This document shows positions 45,947-54,671 of a stretch of 64,000 nt of DNA, in pieces. Numbering within the stretch: the stretch's first letter is position 1; every line of letters starts with the position of its first letter. The stretch lies in the sequence record PZ338878.1. One strand, given 5' to 3'. Under the pieces are notes generated by a model. The model was given only the letters and a program-made list of their open reading frames with translations, had not been told where the DNA came from and made no database searches. This DNA is from a phage. Both the position numbers and the translations under genes were made by a program.

Positions 45947-46188
45947 GAAAATTTTTAATAGGTATGTTTTGTACATATCCTGATAATAAAGTCAGTTCTA
46001 CTAAAGTTTGGAATGCTATTGGTATGATTGTTATGTCCAGTATGTTTATTTATTTGGGAATTGATAAAGAAATTCCTGAATGGATGGGCTGGGCTTTTGT
46101 TTTTATGATCACACCATCCAGACTAATGAAGAATTTAATAGATTTACGTTGGGGCAGATCACCTGCCCCTGATAAGGAGGATAACTAA
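45943..46188 (+). CDS. small membrane protein with charged C-terminus (holin-like topology)
   Basis: Two or three hydrophobic segments then RLMKNLIDLRWGRSPAPDKEDN. Confidence 0.35.
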   Translation: MRKFLIGMFCTYPDNKVSSTKVWNAIGMIVMSSMFIYLGIDKEIPEWMGWAFVFMITPSRLMKNLIDLRWGRSPAPDKEDN

Positions 46189-47675
46189 TGGCAGATTATG
46201 GTTTAACAGATGCTGGTTTTGTAATTCCAACGTTTGATGATATTTTAAATAATTATATGACAGCATTGAAAAACACTTTCGGTGCAGATACAGCTACATC
46301 TGAAGATACTGTCTTTGGTCAACTGTTTCGTATTATTGCATATACAGATTACACACTTTGGGAAGGTATGCAAGGTGTTTACAATACCCAAACCTTAGAT
46401 GGTGCAGAAGGTATTTACCTTGATGAAATTTTCTCTAAAAGGGGTTTTTATCGTAAAGCTGCTTCTGCTGGTAGTGGTTATGCTTATGTTAAATCTAACA
46501 ATAAGGCAGCTTGGACTTATGAACTAAGCACAGATGTTTATTTTAATGCCGATAACGATTTGACATATTATGTCAGTGCACCAACAATGTTGAATGCTAA
46601 GATTGGAGCATATACCATTTCTAAAGCAAACGCAACAGCTTCTGGTGAAACTTCTATTACTTTCTACATTCAAAGTGCTATTGATGGTGGTCTTAACAGT
46701 AAAACATTAAGTCCTAGCAATACAAACTTTATTGTAGATCTCACGAATTTCATTAAAGCTAACGTATCAACAACAGATCGTGCTTTAGTATGGAATGATG
46801 CTAGTAATGTTTACATGGGTTATAATCCAGAAGATAATGTTAATCCAATAGGTCTAGTAACACCAGTGAAATTTTATGCATCTATTGCCATTGGTACAAA
46901 ATGGAGTGAAATTCCAGTTACGTGTTCAGACGTTGGTTATAATCCAGTAGGTACAGAAAGTATTACAGGTATTTCTTCAACGTTTACAGGCTTTTTAGAT
47001 ACAGGTAACTTCTATCCGTTCTCTCCAGGTACAGATGTTGAAACAGATGCAGAATTCCGTTCTCGTTTCAATGATAATATGGATGAAGCTAATGCTGCTA
47101 CTCGTGCTGCTATTGTTAAAGCTCTATTACTGACAGACGGTGTGACAAAGGTTAAGATTTATGATAACCCTACACTACACGATCAGGAACATGCTCCAGC
47201 TATGACATTTCAGACTATTGTGTATGGTGGTACAGCAGAAGAAGTTGCACAGGTTATTTATAATACTAAGCCTATTAACACCTTAACTTATGGTACGACA
47301 GCAATTACTATCATAACAGAAGATGGTGGTCAAGAAGTAATTCGTTTTTCTCCTGGTGATAATGCGGAATACTCACTTAAACTGGTATATCAAACTGGCA
47401 ATGGTAGTGTGTTAAGTACAACAGAAAGGGAAAATATTGTTTCTGCTCTTGCAAACTTACAGGCTTATTTTGAATTAGGCTCAACAGTAACTAACGATCA
47501 GATAAAAGGTGTAATTTATTCTGCACTTGCGTTCGGACGCTTGACTTCTCTCCGTGTTTATGTTAAACTTAATACTGAGGATGACAGTAAATATAATGAG
47601 GGAGATATCACTCCAGCGTACAATGTTGTACCATCCTTTGACCTTGATAATATTTCCTACGAGTACGGAGTCTAA
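46188..47675 (+). CDS. baseplate J-like / tail-fibre-proximal structural protein (putative)
   Basis: 495 aa ORF; N-terminus FDDILNNYMTALKNTFG loosely resembles baseplate J-family proteins. Confidence 0.35.
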   Translation: MADYGLTDAGFVIPTFDDILNNYMTALKNTFGADTATSEDTVFGQLFRIIAYTDYTLWEGMQGVYNTQTLDGAEGIYLDEIFSKRGFYRKAASAGSGYAYVKSNNKAAWTYELSTDVYFNADNDLTYYVSAPTMLNAKIGAYTISKANATASGETSITFYIQSAIDGGLNSKTLSPSNTNFIVDLTNFIKANVSTTDRALVWNDASNVYMGYNPEDNVNPIGLVTPVKFYASIAIGTKWSEIPVTCSDVGYNPVGTESITGISSTFTGFLDTGNFYPFSPGTDVETDAEFRSRFNDNMDEANAATRAAIVKALLLTDGVTKVKIYDNPTLHDQEHAPAMTFQTIVYGGTAEEVAQVIYNTKPINTLTYGTTAITIITEDGGQEVIRFSPGDNAEYSLKLVYQTGNGSVLSTTERENIVSALANLQAYFELGSTVTNDQIKGVIYSALAFGRLTSLRVYVKLNTEDDSKYNEGDITPAYNVVPSFDLDNISYEYGV

Positions 47676-47677
47676 AA

Positions 47678-48307
47678 ATGGCAGTGAGTGTTGACCATGT
47701 GACAACGTGGGATAGTATCAATGAAGATGTTAAAGACCTACTGATTGAAGATTTTAAATCTTCTCCGAACATTGTCAAACTACTCTATATCATTTCTAGC
47801 GAAAAACAAAAGATAGATCAGGCAATGATCTATCTTGCCAAACACCGCTTAATCTCTACTGCAACTGGTAAGTATTTAGATCTTATTGGTGAAGAGATGG
47901 GGATGGAGAGAAATGGTGCTACGGATGAAGAGTATCGTACAATATTAAAAATCAGGGCTTATCGTGTTGCGTCTTCTGGTACGCGAGATGATATCATTGA
48001 TATGTTCGCTCGTTTTACAGGAACAGAAAAAGAAACGATCAATACATACGTTGGATTAAATAAAACATTCGACGTATTCTTTTATAATTTGTGTCTACAA
48101 TCCGATCAGGCAGTAGCACAGTTACTTAACGTTTTCCCGATCCTAAGTAGTTATCGCTTAGGTGCGAAAGCGGGTGCAGCCTTTGGTTTCACTTCCTATT
48201 ATGCCACAAAGCCACCTCATGGTATAGGTGGTTTAGGTTCTCTTTACACAGAGGCTGAAGGAGATGATACAGGGCGAATGACTATGCTGATAGCTCAAAT
48301 AGAATAA
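47678..48307 (+). CDS. tail structural protein (putative)
   Basis: ORF immediately downstream. Confidence 0.35.
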   Translation: MAVSVDHVTTWDSINEDVKDLLIEDFKSSPNIVKLLYIISSEKQKIDQAMIYLAKHRLISTATGKYLDLIGEEMGMERNGATDEEYRTILKIRAYRVASSGTRDDIIDMFARFTGTEKETINTYVGLNKTFDVFFYNLCLQSDQAVAQLLNVFPILSSYRLGAKAGAAFGFTSYYATKPPHGIGGLGSLYTEAEGDDTGRMTMLIAQIE

Positions 48308-48320
48308 GGAGTTACTCTTA

Positions 48321-49301
48321 ATGGCAAAGCCACAATACTACCCTGACTGGGCGACACAAACAGTAACCCTCCCAGGAACGGGAAACACAAACAAGATTAG
48401 ACCAAAAGAAACCATCCGTAATGTTGGTATGGATTTTGGTCAGATTATGACTTGTGAAGAAATGAACTGGATCTTGAACAATATTGGGTCTTGGATTCGC
48501 TATATGCAAGATGAATTCTTCCCAACATTGCCTACTACATATCTTCCTATAGTCGGTACTAAAATTACAATGGCAGGTGATGCTACAGGTGAAGTTACAT
48601 GGAATGGTAATGCTGCTGTAACATTATCTATTCAAGTCGTAGATAATAGTCATAATCACTTATCAGCTAACATTACAGACGCAACATCAAACCAAGTTGT
48701 AGGAAATGTCCTTGTTAAGCGTGATAATGGTGGTGCTATCTATGCAGGTGATATTTACACTTGTGGTACAGGTGCTACAGATCCTGCAACATTATTTTTT
48801 AGAAACTATAACGGACAAACAGTAGGCAATATGTCTTCTGAACCAGGTGCAGGTGGTCAACTCTATATTTATAGAATAAATCCATCTACTGGAGGAACAT
48901 CTTGTGGAGTCCGTTTGTATGATGCAGGTTATGTTTTAATAGACAACCCTCGTTCTAATTCTGGTCAAGATACTGGTAATGGTAATGCTCTTGTAAGATT
49001 AGATTATCTTAACTCAAGACTAAACTCATTGCAAAGTACACTGCAAAATAATATTAACAACGTTAATAGCAACTTGCAAGGCCAAATTAATAACATTAAC
49101 AATAGAGTTTCTTCTGTTGTGTCTTCTATCCGTCTAGGTACACGTATTAAAGCTGGTGTATCTGAATCTCCTTTCTATGCTGGTCACGTGATCACAGGCT
49201 GGGGTTTTGGTGATAAGAAAGAACTTCGTGGTGCTTGGTATTGGTCTGCTCCGCTACAATATTACATTAATGGTAGGTGGATAACAGTAACCAACGTTTA
49301 G
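48321..49301 (+). CDS. tail fibre protein
   Basis: Asn/Gln/Ser-rich coiled-coil shaft (LNSRLNSLQSTLQNNINNVNSNLQGQINNINNRVSS) and Gly-rich beta segments. Confidence 0.45.
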   Translation: MAKPQYYPDWATQTVTLPGTGNTNKIRPKETIRNVGMDFGQIMTCEEMNWILNNIGSWIRYMQDEFFPTLPTTYLPIVGTKITMAGDATGEVTWNGNAAVTLSIQVVDNSHNHLSANITDATSNQVVGNVLVKRDNGGAIYAGDIYTCGTGATDPATLFFRNYNGQTVGNMSSEPGAGGQLYIYRINPSTGGTSCGVRLYDAGYVLIDNPRSNSGQDTGNGNALVRLDYLNSRLNSLQSTLQNNINNVNSNLQGQINNINNRVSSVVSSIRLGTRIKAGVSESPFYAGHVITGWGFGDKKELRGAWYWSAPLQYYINGRWITVTNV

Positions 49302-49313
49302 TAAGGAGAACAC

Positions 49314-49865
49314 ATGAAAAAAGATGTTATTTACACTGGCTTTGAACTATATCAACCAGAATTGACAGAAGAAAATGTCATCTATCTTTCAATAGGTGCT
49401 GGTTTTCTTAAAGATAAAGATGGTAATGATTGGTACGAAATTCAGAAATATTTATCCAAAAATTACCCTGATGCCTATTTCTTAACTCTAGATCACAATA
49501 ATGTAGTTGTTGCAGCTACGAAAGATGTTTCTACATATTTTCCCGCTGGTCTTACTGTTCTTGTAACATACAATGTTCCAGATAAAATAGAAGAAGAAAG
49601 CAACCTAGGATCGTGGAGATATGACAATGGTAAGTTTATTTCTCATAATGGGTTTGCAATAGAAGATGCCAACCTTAAAATGGAAAAAGAATTAACTTGG
49701 GCCACAAATCAAATATCTGCAATTCAAGATTTAGAGGAATTACAAGGTTTATCTGAAGAACAAAAAGATTGGTTAGGAAAAGTTAAACTATATCGTGCAA
49801 CACTGATTCAAATTAACGTTGAAGATGCACCTAATATAACTTGGCCTACAAGACCTAAGAAATAG
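49314..49865 (+). CDS. tail fibre assembly/chaperone protein (putative)
   Basis: 183 aa ORF directly after the fibre gene. Confidence 0.35.
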   Translation: MKKDVIYTGFELYQPELTEENVIYLSIGAGFLKDKDGNDWYEIQKYLSKNYPDAYFLTLDHNNVVVAATKDVSTYFPAGLTVLVTYNVPDKIEEESNLGSWRYDNGKFISHNGFAIEDANLKMEKELTWATNQISAIQDLEELQGLSEEQKDWLGKVKLYRATLIQINVEDAPNITWPTRPKK

Positions 49866-49874
49866 GGGTAATGT

Positions 49875-50216
49875 ATGGAGCTAACAGAAGTATGGGATAT
49901 CGCTAAAGAGGCGATTATCCCTCTTATTGGTGTAATCTGGGTGGTCTTCAAACAGAAGATAGATGATATAGCAAGTGATTTGGATAAAATGGAAGACAAA
50001 TACCGTGAACTAGAAAAGAAGTTGGTGTTTGTTGAATCCACTTATGCTACCAAAGCAGAACTTGCTCAAATGCTTAACCAGATCAACTCTACATTAATGG
50101 CAAATAATACTGCCTTAGAACAGAAGATTGAAAAAATAATGGATTTAAAAAATGCTCCTGTTCAATTAATGCTAGAGGAGATTACGAAGCGCACACAAAG
50201 TAAGGACAAAAATTAA
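49875..50216 (+). CDS. hypothetical protein with N-terminal hydrophobic segment and coiled coil
   Basis: IIPLIGVIWVVF then heptad-like charged sequence. Confidence 0.35.
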   Translation: MELTEVWDIAKEAIIPLIGVIWVVFKQKIDDIASDLDKMEDKYRELEKKLVFVESTYATKAELAQMLNQINSTLMANNTALEQKIEKIMDLKNAPVQLMLEEITKRTQSKDKN

Positions 50217-52630
50217 TGGCGAATTTTCCAACATATCCTGCTACGACACTAGAACAAGGTGTTGATCTGGTTATATTCTCGTCTAACCAGATGCATGATG
50301 TTATTAACGGGGATGCTACAGCAACTGTAGAAACCGAAACAGGTTTAATACCTACACTGCGTAAAGCACTTGTTGATAACTTCTTCTTTAAGAGTCCTGT
50401 TGCTTGGTCAGCAGGATCAACTGAAACTGTATTTAACCAGTTACGTTATTTTGAAAACGGTATCTTGAGTGGGTACTACTATGCTCCATCTGCCACTACT
50501 GCGAACCCTGTACCTATGCAGGGTACACCTGTAGGAGACAGTAACTGGACTCTGTATGCTCTTAAAACTGAACAGTTAGCTTCAGATGTGTATCCTTGGT
50601 ATTTTAAAGGTGCTACAGGGTATGAGACAGAAATCAGTCCTCCTTATATCTTTGATAATGCTATTGTCACCATTAACGGTGTAATTCAGATTCAGGGTGA
50701 AGCATTTACTATCAAAGATAGTAAAATTATTCTGGCAGAACCATTAGGTTTAGATCCGTCTACTGGTCTACCTAACAAATTGTTTGCTTTTATTGGTAAA
50801 ACAACAGCCTCTACTTCTTACGTAGAGAAAAACCTTTTGTCATCTACCACTGGTGCAGCAATGGTTGGTCTTCCATCTGGAGGCAATCTGTTACAAGCTC
50901 AATACTTTGTAACGCCTGAGCAGTTTGGTGCAATTGGTGATGGAGTTACCGATGATACTCAAGCAATTCTAAAAACCATTACTTTCGCTAACACGAATAA
51001 CATTCAAGTACGTGCAGATAAGAATTATAGATTCACAAGCTCAATTGCTATGTCTGGTATTCGTTGGTATGGTGGTACATTCACTGGTAACGGTGGAACA
51101 ATGATTTCTACTGTGTCCTGTTGGATTGAAAACGTTCGCTTTGAAAAATGTTATGTTAAGATGTTAGGTGGTGATTGCCGATTCTATCGTAATATCTTCT
51201 CCAACGCAACATCTACAGCAGCATTTTTAATGCAAGCAATGACAAGTGAAGGTACGTTGGACTTCAGTTACAACGAAATGTATGGTTGTAAATATGCGAT
51301 CCTGCAACAAGGTACTGGAGAAGTAATGACCTATGGGCGTTACTCTAACAACTACATTCACGATATCAAAGGTGATGCTATTGAACTTAACGTAGTTCAA
51401 AAACACTACACTGAAGGTTTGATCATCGAGAATAACCACATTGCTAACGTAGATGCTTCTGGACAAGGGGCAAACTGGGGTATTGGTATTGGTGTAGCAG
51501 GTAGTGGCCCATATGGTGTTGATGCTCCTGATTCACAATATGTACGTAACTTCAGTATCGTTGGAAATAGGGTTTACAATTGCCGTCAATGTTTACACGT
51601 TGAAATGGGTAAAAACTTCACTATACGTGACAACGAAGTTTATCCTAACACAGCAGTTTCAACAGGTACAGGTTTAACTACTTGTGGTGTTGCATTATAC
51701 GGATGCCAAGATTTTGAAGTTGATGGTTTAACTGGTTATCTGCTTAATGATCCGTCTGTTTCAACACGCATGGTCTTTATTGACTGGGGTGTTAACAGTG
51801 GAAGATATGCGGGGCCACCAATTAACTTTACAATTAAGAATTTGGATATTCCAGAATCTTCAATTGAAATTGCAACGGCTGGATCAGATGCCTGGGAAAA
51901 CTCTACAATTGTTAGTAACATCAATTGTAATGTTTTTAAATGGCGTGGATTACCATCTAGCTCTACCTTTAATAATATTCGTTGCCGTAGTATTGACTTT
52001 ATTGGTCAACACGGAAGCGGAGAAGGAAGTGGTGGCGGTTTCTATACTCGCAGCCAATTCACTTATATGAAGTGGGTAGGATGTACAGCACTTAGCGGAG
52101 ATGAAACAACAGTTTCTTTTGCTAAAATCTACACGGATCGTTGCGATCAGGTTGGAAATAACTTTGGTGTTCCAACTGCTGTTGATGGTACAGGTCATCG
52201 TGGGCCAGTCTTAACCACTATTTCTGAACAATATTTTACAGATTATGATGAATTCCCAGGTGGGCGTGACTTCCCTACTGGAACAGTTATTCATTGTGCA
52301 AGCGGTAAAAAACACGTTGTTACAGTAGGTGGTGCTTTCTTTAGTAATAATGAGAAAATAAAAGCAACTGTTACAGGTCAAACCTATCTACAGTCTAATG
52401 CTTTAAACTGGGCTAGTAATGGCTACGCTAAAGCGGCAGGTACTAAGATTGTTATTCCAGGTGCAGGAGCAAATGGTGGCGATCTTGTGACAACTATAGC
52501 ACGTGCTACGTATGTGACAAATAGTTTGTACACAATAGATATTGCAGATCCAATTGTAACACCTACAGCAGAGAATACACAAATTAAAGCTCTGAACCCT
52601 GTTACTTTTGTTACTGTCAATAATGCTTAA
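50216..52630 (+). CDS. second tailspike with pectate-lyase-like beta-helix domain (candidate depolymerase)
   Basis: QFGAIGDGVTDDTQAIL signature; shares a 35-nt identical DNA stretch with gene 43347. Confidence 0.55.
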   Translation: MANFPTYPATTLEQGVDLVIFSSNQMHDVINGDATATVETETGLIPTLRKALVDNFFFKSPVAWSAGSTETVFNQLRYFENGILSGYYYAPSATTANPVPMQGTPVGDSNWTLYALKTEQLASDVYPWYFKGATGYETEISPPYIFDNAIVTINGVIQIQGEAFTIKDSKIILAEPLGLDPSTGLPNKLFAFIGKTTASTSYVEKNLLSSTTGAAMVGLPSGGNLLQAQYFVTPEQFGAIGDGVTDDTQAILKTITFANTNNIQVRADKNYRFTSSIAMSGIRWYGGTFTGNGGTMISTVSCWIENVRFEKCYVKMLGGDCRFYRNIFSNATSTAAFLMQAMTSEGTLDFSYNEMYGCKYAILQQGTGEVMTYGRYSNNYIHDIKGDAIELNVVQKHYTEGLIIENNHIANVDASGQGANWGIGIGVAGSGPYGVDAPDSQYVRNFSIVGNRVYNCRQCLHVEMGKNFTIRDNEVYPNTAVSTGTGLTTCGVALYGCQDFEVDGLTGYLLNDPSVSTRMVFIDWGVNSGRYAGPPINFTIKNLDIPESSIEIATAGSDAWENSTIVSNINCNVFKWRGLPSSSTFNNIRCRSIDFIGQHGSGEGSGGGFYTRSQFTYMKWVGCTALSGDETTVSFAKIYTDRCDQVGNNFGVPTAVDGTGHRGPVLTTISEQYFTDYDEFPGGRDFPTGTVIHCASGKKHVVTVGGAFFSNNEKIKATVTGQTYLQSNALNWASNGYAKAAGTKIVIPGAGANGGDLVTTIARATYVTNSLYTIDIADPIVTPTAENTQIKALNPVTFVTVNNA

Positions 52631-52632
52631 TT

Positions 52633-52653
52633 AAAAGGGGCGAAAGCCCCTTT
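52633..52653 (+). terminator. rho-independent terminator
   Basis: AAAAGGGGC-GAAA-GCCCCTTT. Confidence 0.5.
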
Positions 52654-52670
52654 ATAAAAGGAGTAGTAAA

Positions 52671-54632
52671 GTGATTTTAACACGTCCAAATAGTGCCATT
52701 GCAGACATGGTAGAGTCTCGCTATAGAAAGCGTAGAAGTTTTGCAAGTGGTTTTACCTTAAGAGATGCTCGTGAAGCATTGCTCTTTGAAGCTGACGGTA
52801 ACTACTATCAGTGGAAAGGTTCTCTACCTAAAGTTGTACCTGCTAACTCTACTCCTACATCTACTGGAGGGATTTCAGATACAGCTTGGAAAAATGTGGG
52901 TAATGCAGATGACATTGCTCAAATAGAATCAGAATTAGATGCTATTGAAGCTGAAATTGAAGATCTTAGAGAATCCATCCCAGAAGCTGGTAAATCAGCT
53001 TACCAGATTGCCGTAGACAATGGTTTCCAAGGTACTGAGACACAGTGGTTGGCTTCTTTAAAAGGTGATCCAGGTGCTCCATTAAAGCTATTAGGGACAC
53101 TATCTAATACCAACCAATTACCTACAAGTGGAAACAATGCAGGGGATGCATGGATTGTAGGCGAGAATATGTATGCTTGGGATGGTACTGCTTGGAGAAA
53201 AGTAAACTCACAGGGGCCAGAAGGTAAATCTGCTTATGAAGTATGGCTTGCAGCAGGAAATGAAGGTACAGAACTAGATTATCTTGCTTCAATTAAAGGT
53301 GATAAAGGGGAGCCTGGCCCAGAGGGGCCACAAGGTGTGCCAGGTAATAATGCTAATGGTTTTGATTACCAAGGCGCAGCTAATTCCGTTTCAGATCTTC
53401 CTTCTGCATCTCATGGAAACACATCTCAAGCATGGAGTGTTGGTACATATCTATACGTGTCAAACGGTGTAGAATGGATCAATATGGGTGCTATAGTGGG
53501 GCCAAAAGGAGATAAAGGCGACAAAGGTGATAAGGGTAACACTGGTGATTCAGCTTATCAAGTCTGGTTAAATGCTGGTAACGTTGGTACTATTGACGAA
53601 TATATTGCCTCTCTGAAAGGAGAAAAAGGTGATAAGGGAGACAAGGGTGATCAAGGTGCACAGGGTATACAAGGCTTGACGGGGCCAACTGGTGCAGGGT
53701 TGACCATTATTGACATTCTGACTAACACTTCTGAACTACCACAAACTGGAGAAGAGGGTGATGGTTATCTGATCAATAATGAACTTTGGGTCTGGTTGCA
53801 AGGAGCCACAGAGTGGACAAATGTTGGTCGTTTAGCTGGTACTCCAATCACTGCAAAAGGACACGTTGCGTCTGCAAGTGCACTTCCTCCTACAGCTAAT
53901 TACGGTGATGCTTATCTGACGGAAGATACAGGTCATCTTTACATTTACACCTATGATGAACAAACTCAAACTGCTGAATATGTAGATATGGGTAGTTTGA
54001 AAGGTGATAAGGGTGAAAAAGGTGACGCTGGTACTAACGGTACAGACGGTGCAACTTGGATTGTTAAAACAACAGATCCAATCTCTAGTGATGGTAAACA
54101 AGGTGATTATGCCTTTAATATCTCCACGGGCGAGGTGTTCTTAAAAACATCTGCAACTGTCTGGACTTCTCAAGGTACACTACCTAGTATCACAGATGCA
54201 CCTAGTGACGGTAAGACTTATGCTCGTAAAGATGGGGCATGGGAAGAACTCACTAATTCTGTAGATGGTCAAGATATAGTTCCAACAAAAGTAACAACTA
54301 ATTTTATAGAGGTTACAGCATATACCAACAATTCTGTTACAGGGGACTGGACACCTCCAGGAACACATAACATGAATGTGTTGAATCTTACTGGTAACGC
54401 TACTATAAAAGCATGGCCTGGTGTCGAAGATAGTACAAAACCTAAACCATTCTCTGCAATAGTTTATCTTATCCAAGATGCCACTGGAGGTCGTACTGTT
54501 ACTTTAGATCCATCTTACAAAGTAATTGGTTCCAGTGATATTAATACAGATCCTAACGGAGTAACAATACTACAACTAACATATTGTGGTGTTGGCGATT
54601 ACGTGGATGCTATTGTTGCTAAACGCACATAA
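52671..54632 (+). CDS. tail fibre with collagen-like Gly-X-Y tracts and phage-tail-repeat motifs
   Basis: GDKGEPGPEGPQGVPG, GPKGDKGDKGDKGNTGD, GEKGDKGDKGDQGAQGIQGLTGPTGAG; three SAYQ..W...G..GT...Y.AS.KG repeats; GTG start. Confidence 0.55.
   Translation: MILTRPNSAIADMVESRYRKRRSFASGFTLRDAREALLFEADGNYYQWKGSLPKVVPANSTPTSTGGISDTAWKNVGNADDIAQIESELDAIEAEIEDLRESIPEAGKSAYQIAVDNGFQGTETQWLASLKGDPGAPLKLLGTLSNTNQLPTSGNNAGDAWIVGENMYAWDGTAWRKVNSQGPEGKSAYEVWLAAGNEGTELDYLASIKGDKGEPGPEGPQGVPGNNANGFDYQGAANSVSDLPSASHGNTSQAWSVGTYLYVSNGVEWINMGAIVGPKGDKGDKGDKGNTGDSAYQVWLNAGNVGTIDEYIASLKGEKGDKGDKGDQGAQGIQGLTGPTGAGLTIIDILTNTSELPQTGEEGDGYLINNELWVWLQGATEWTNVGRLAGTPITAKGHVASASALPPTANYGDAYLTEDTGHLYIYTYDEQTQTAEYVDMGSLKGDKGEKGDAGTNGTDGATWIVKTTDPISSDGKQGDYAFNISTGEVFLKTSATVWTSQGTLPSITDAPSDGKTYARKDGAWEELTNSVDGQDIVPTKVTTNFIEVTAYTNNSVTGDWTPPGTHNMNVLNLTGNATIKAWPGVEDSTKPKPFSAIVYLIQDATGGRTVTLDPSYKVIGSSDINTDPNGVTILQLTYCGVGDYVDAIVAKRT
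52989..53696 (+). repeat. intragenic repeats (three roughly 30-aa units plus collagen-like triplets)
   Basis: Repeat units at aa 107-136, 185-214 and 291-320 of gene 52671; Gly-X-Y runs at aa 209-226, 277-293, 316-342. Confidence 0.5.
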
Positions 54633-54635
54633 TCA

Positions 54636-54660
54636 AAGCCCCTTCGGGGGCTTATTATTT
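54636..54660 (+). terminator. hairpin terminator
   Basis: AAGCCCC-TTCG-GGGGCTT then ATTATTT. Confidence 0.45.
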
Positions 54661-54671
54661 AAGGAGATTAA

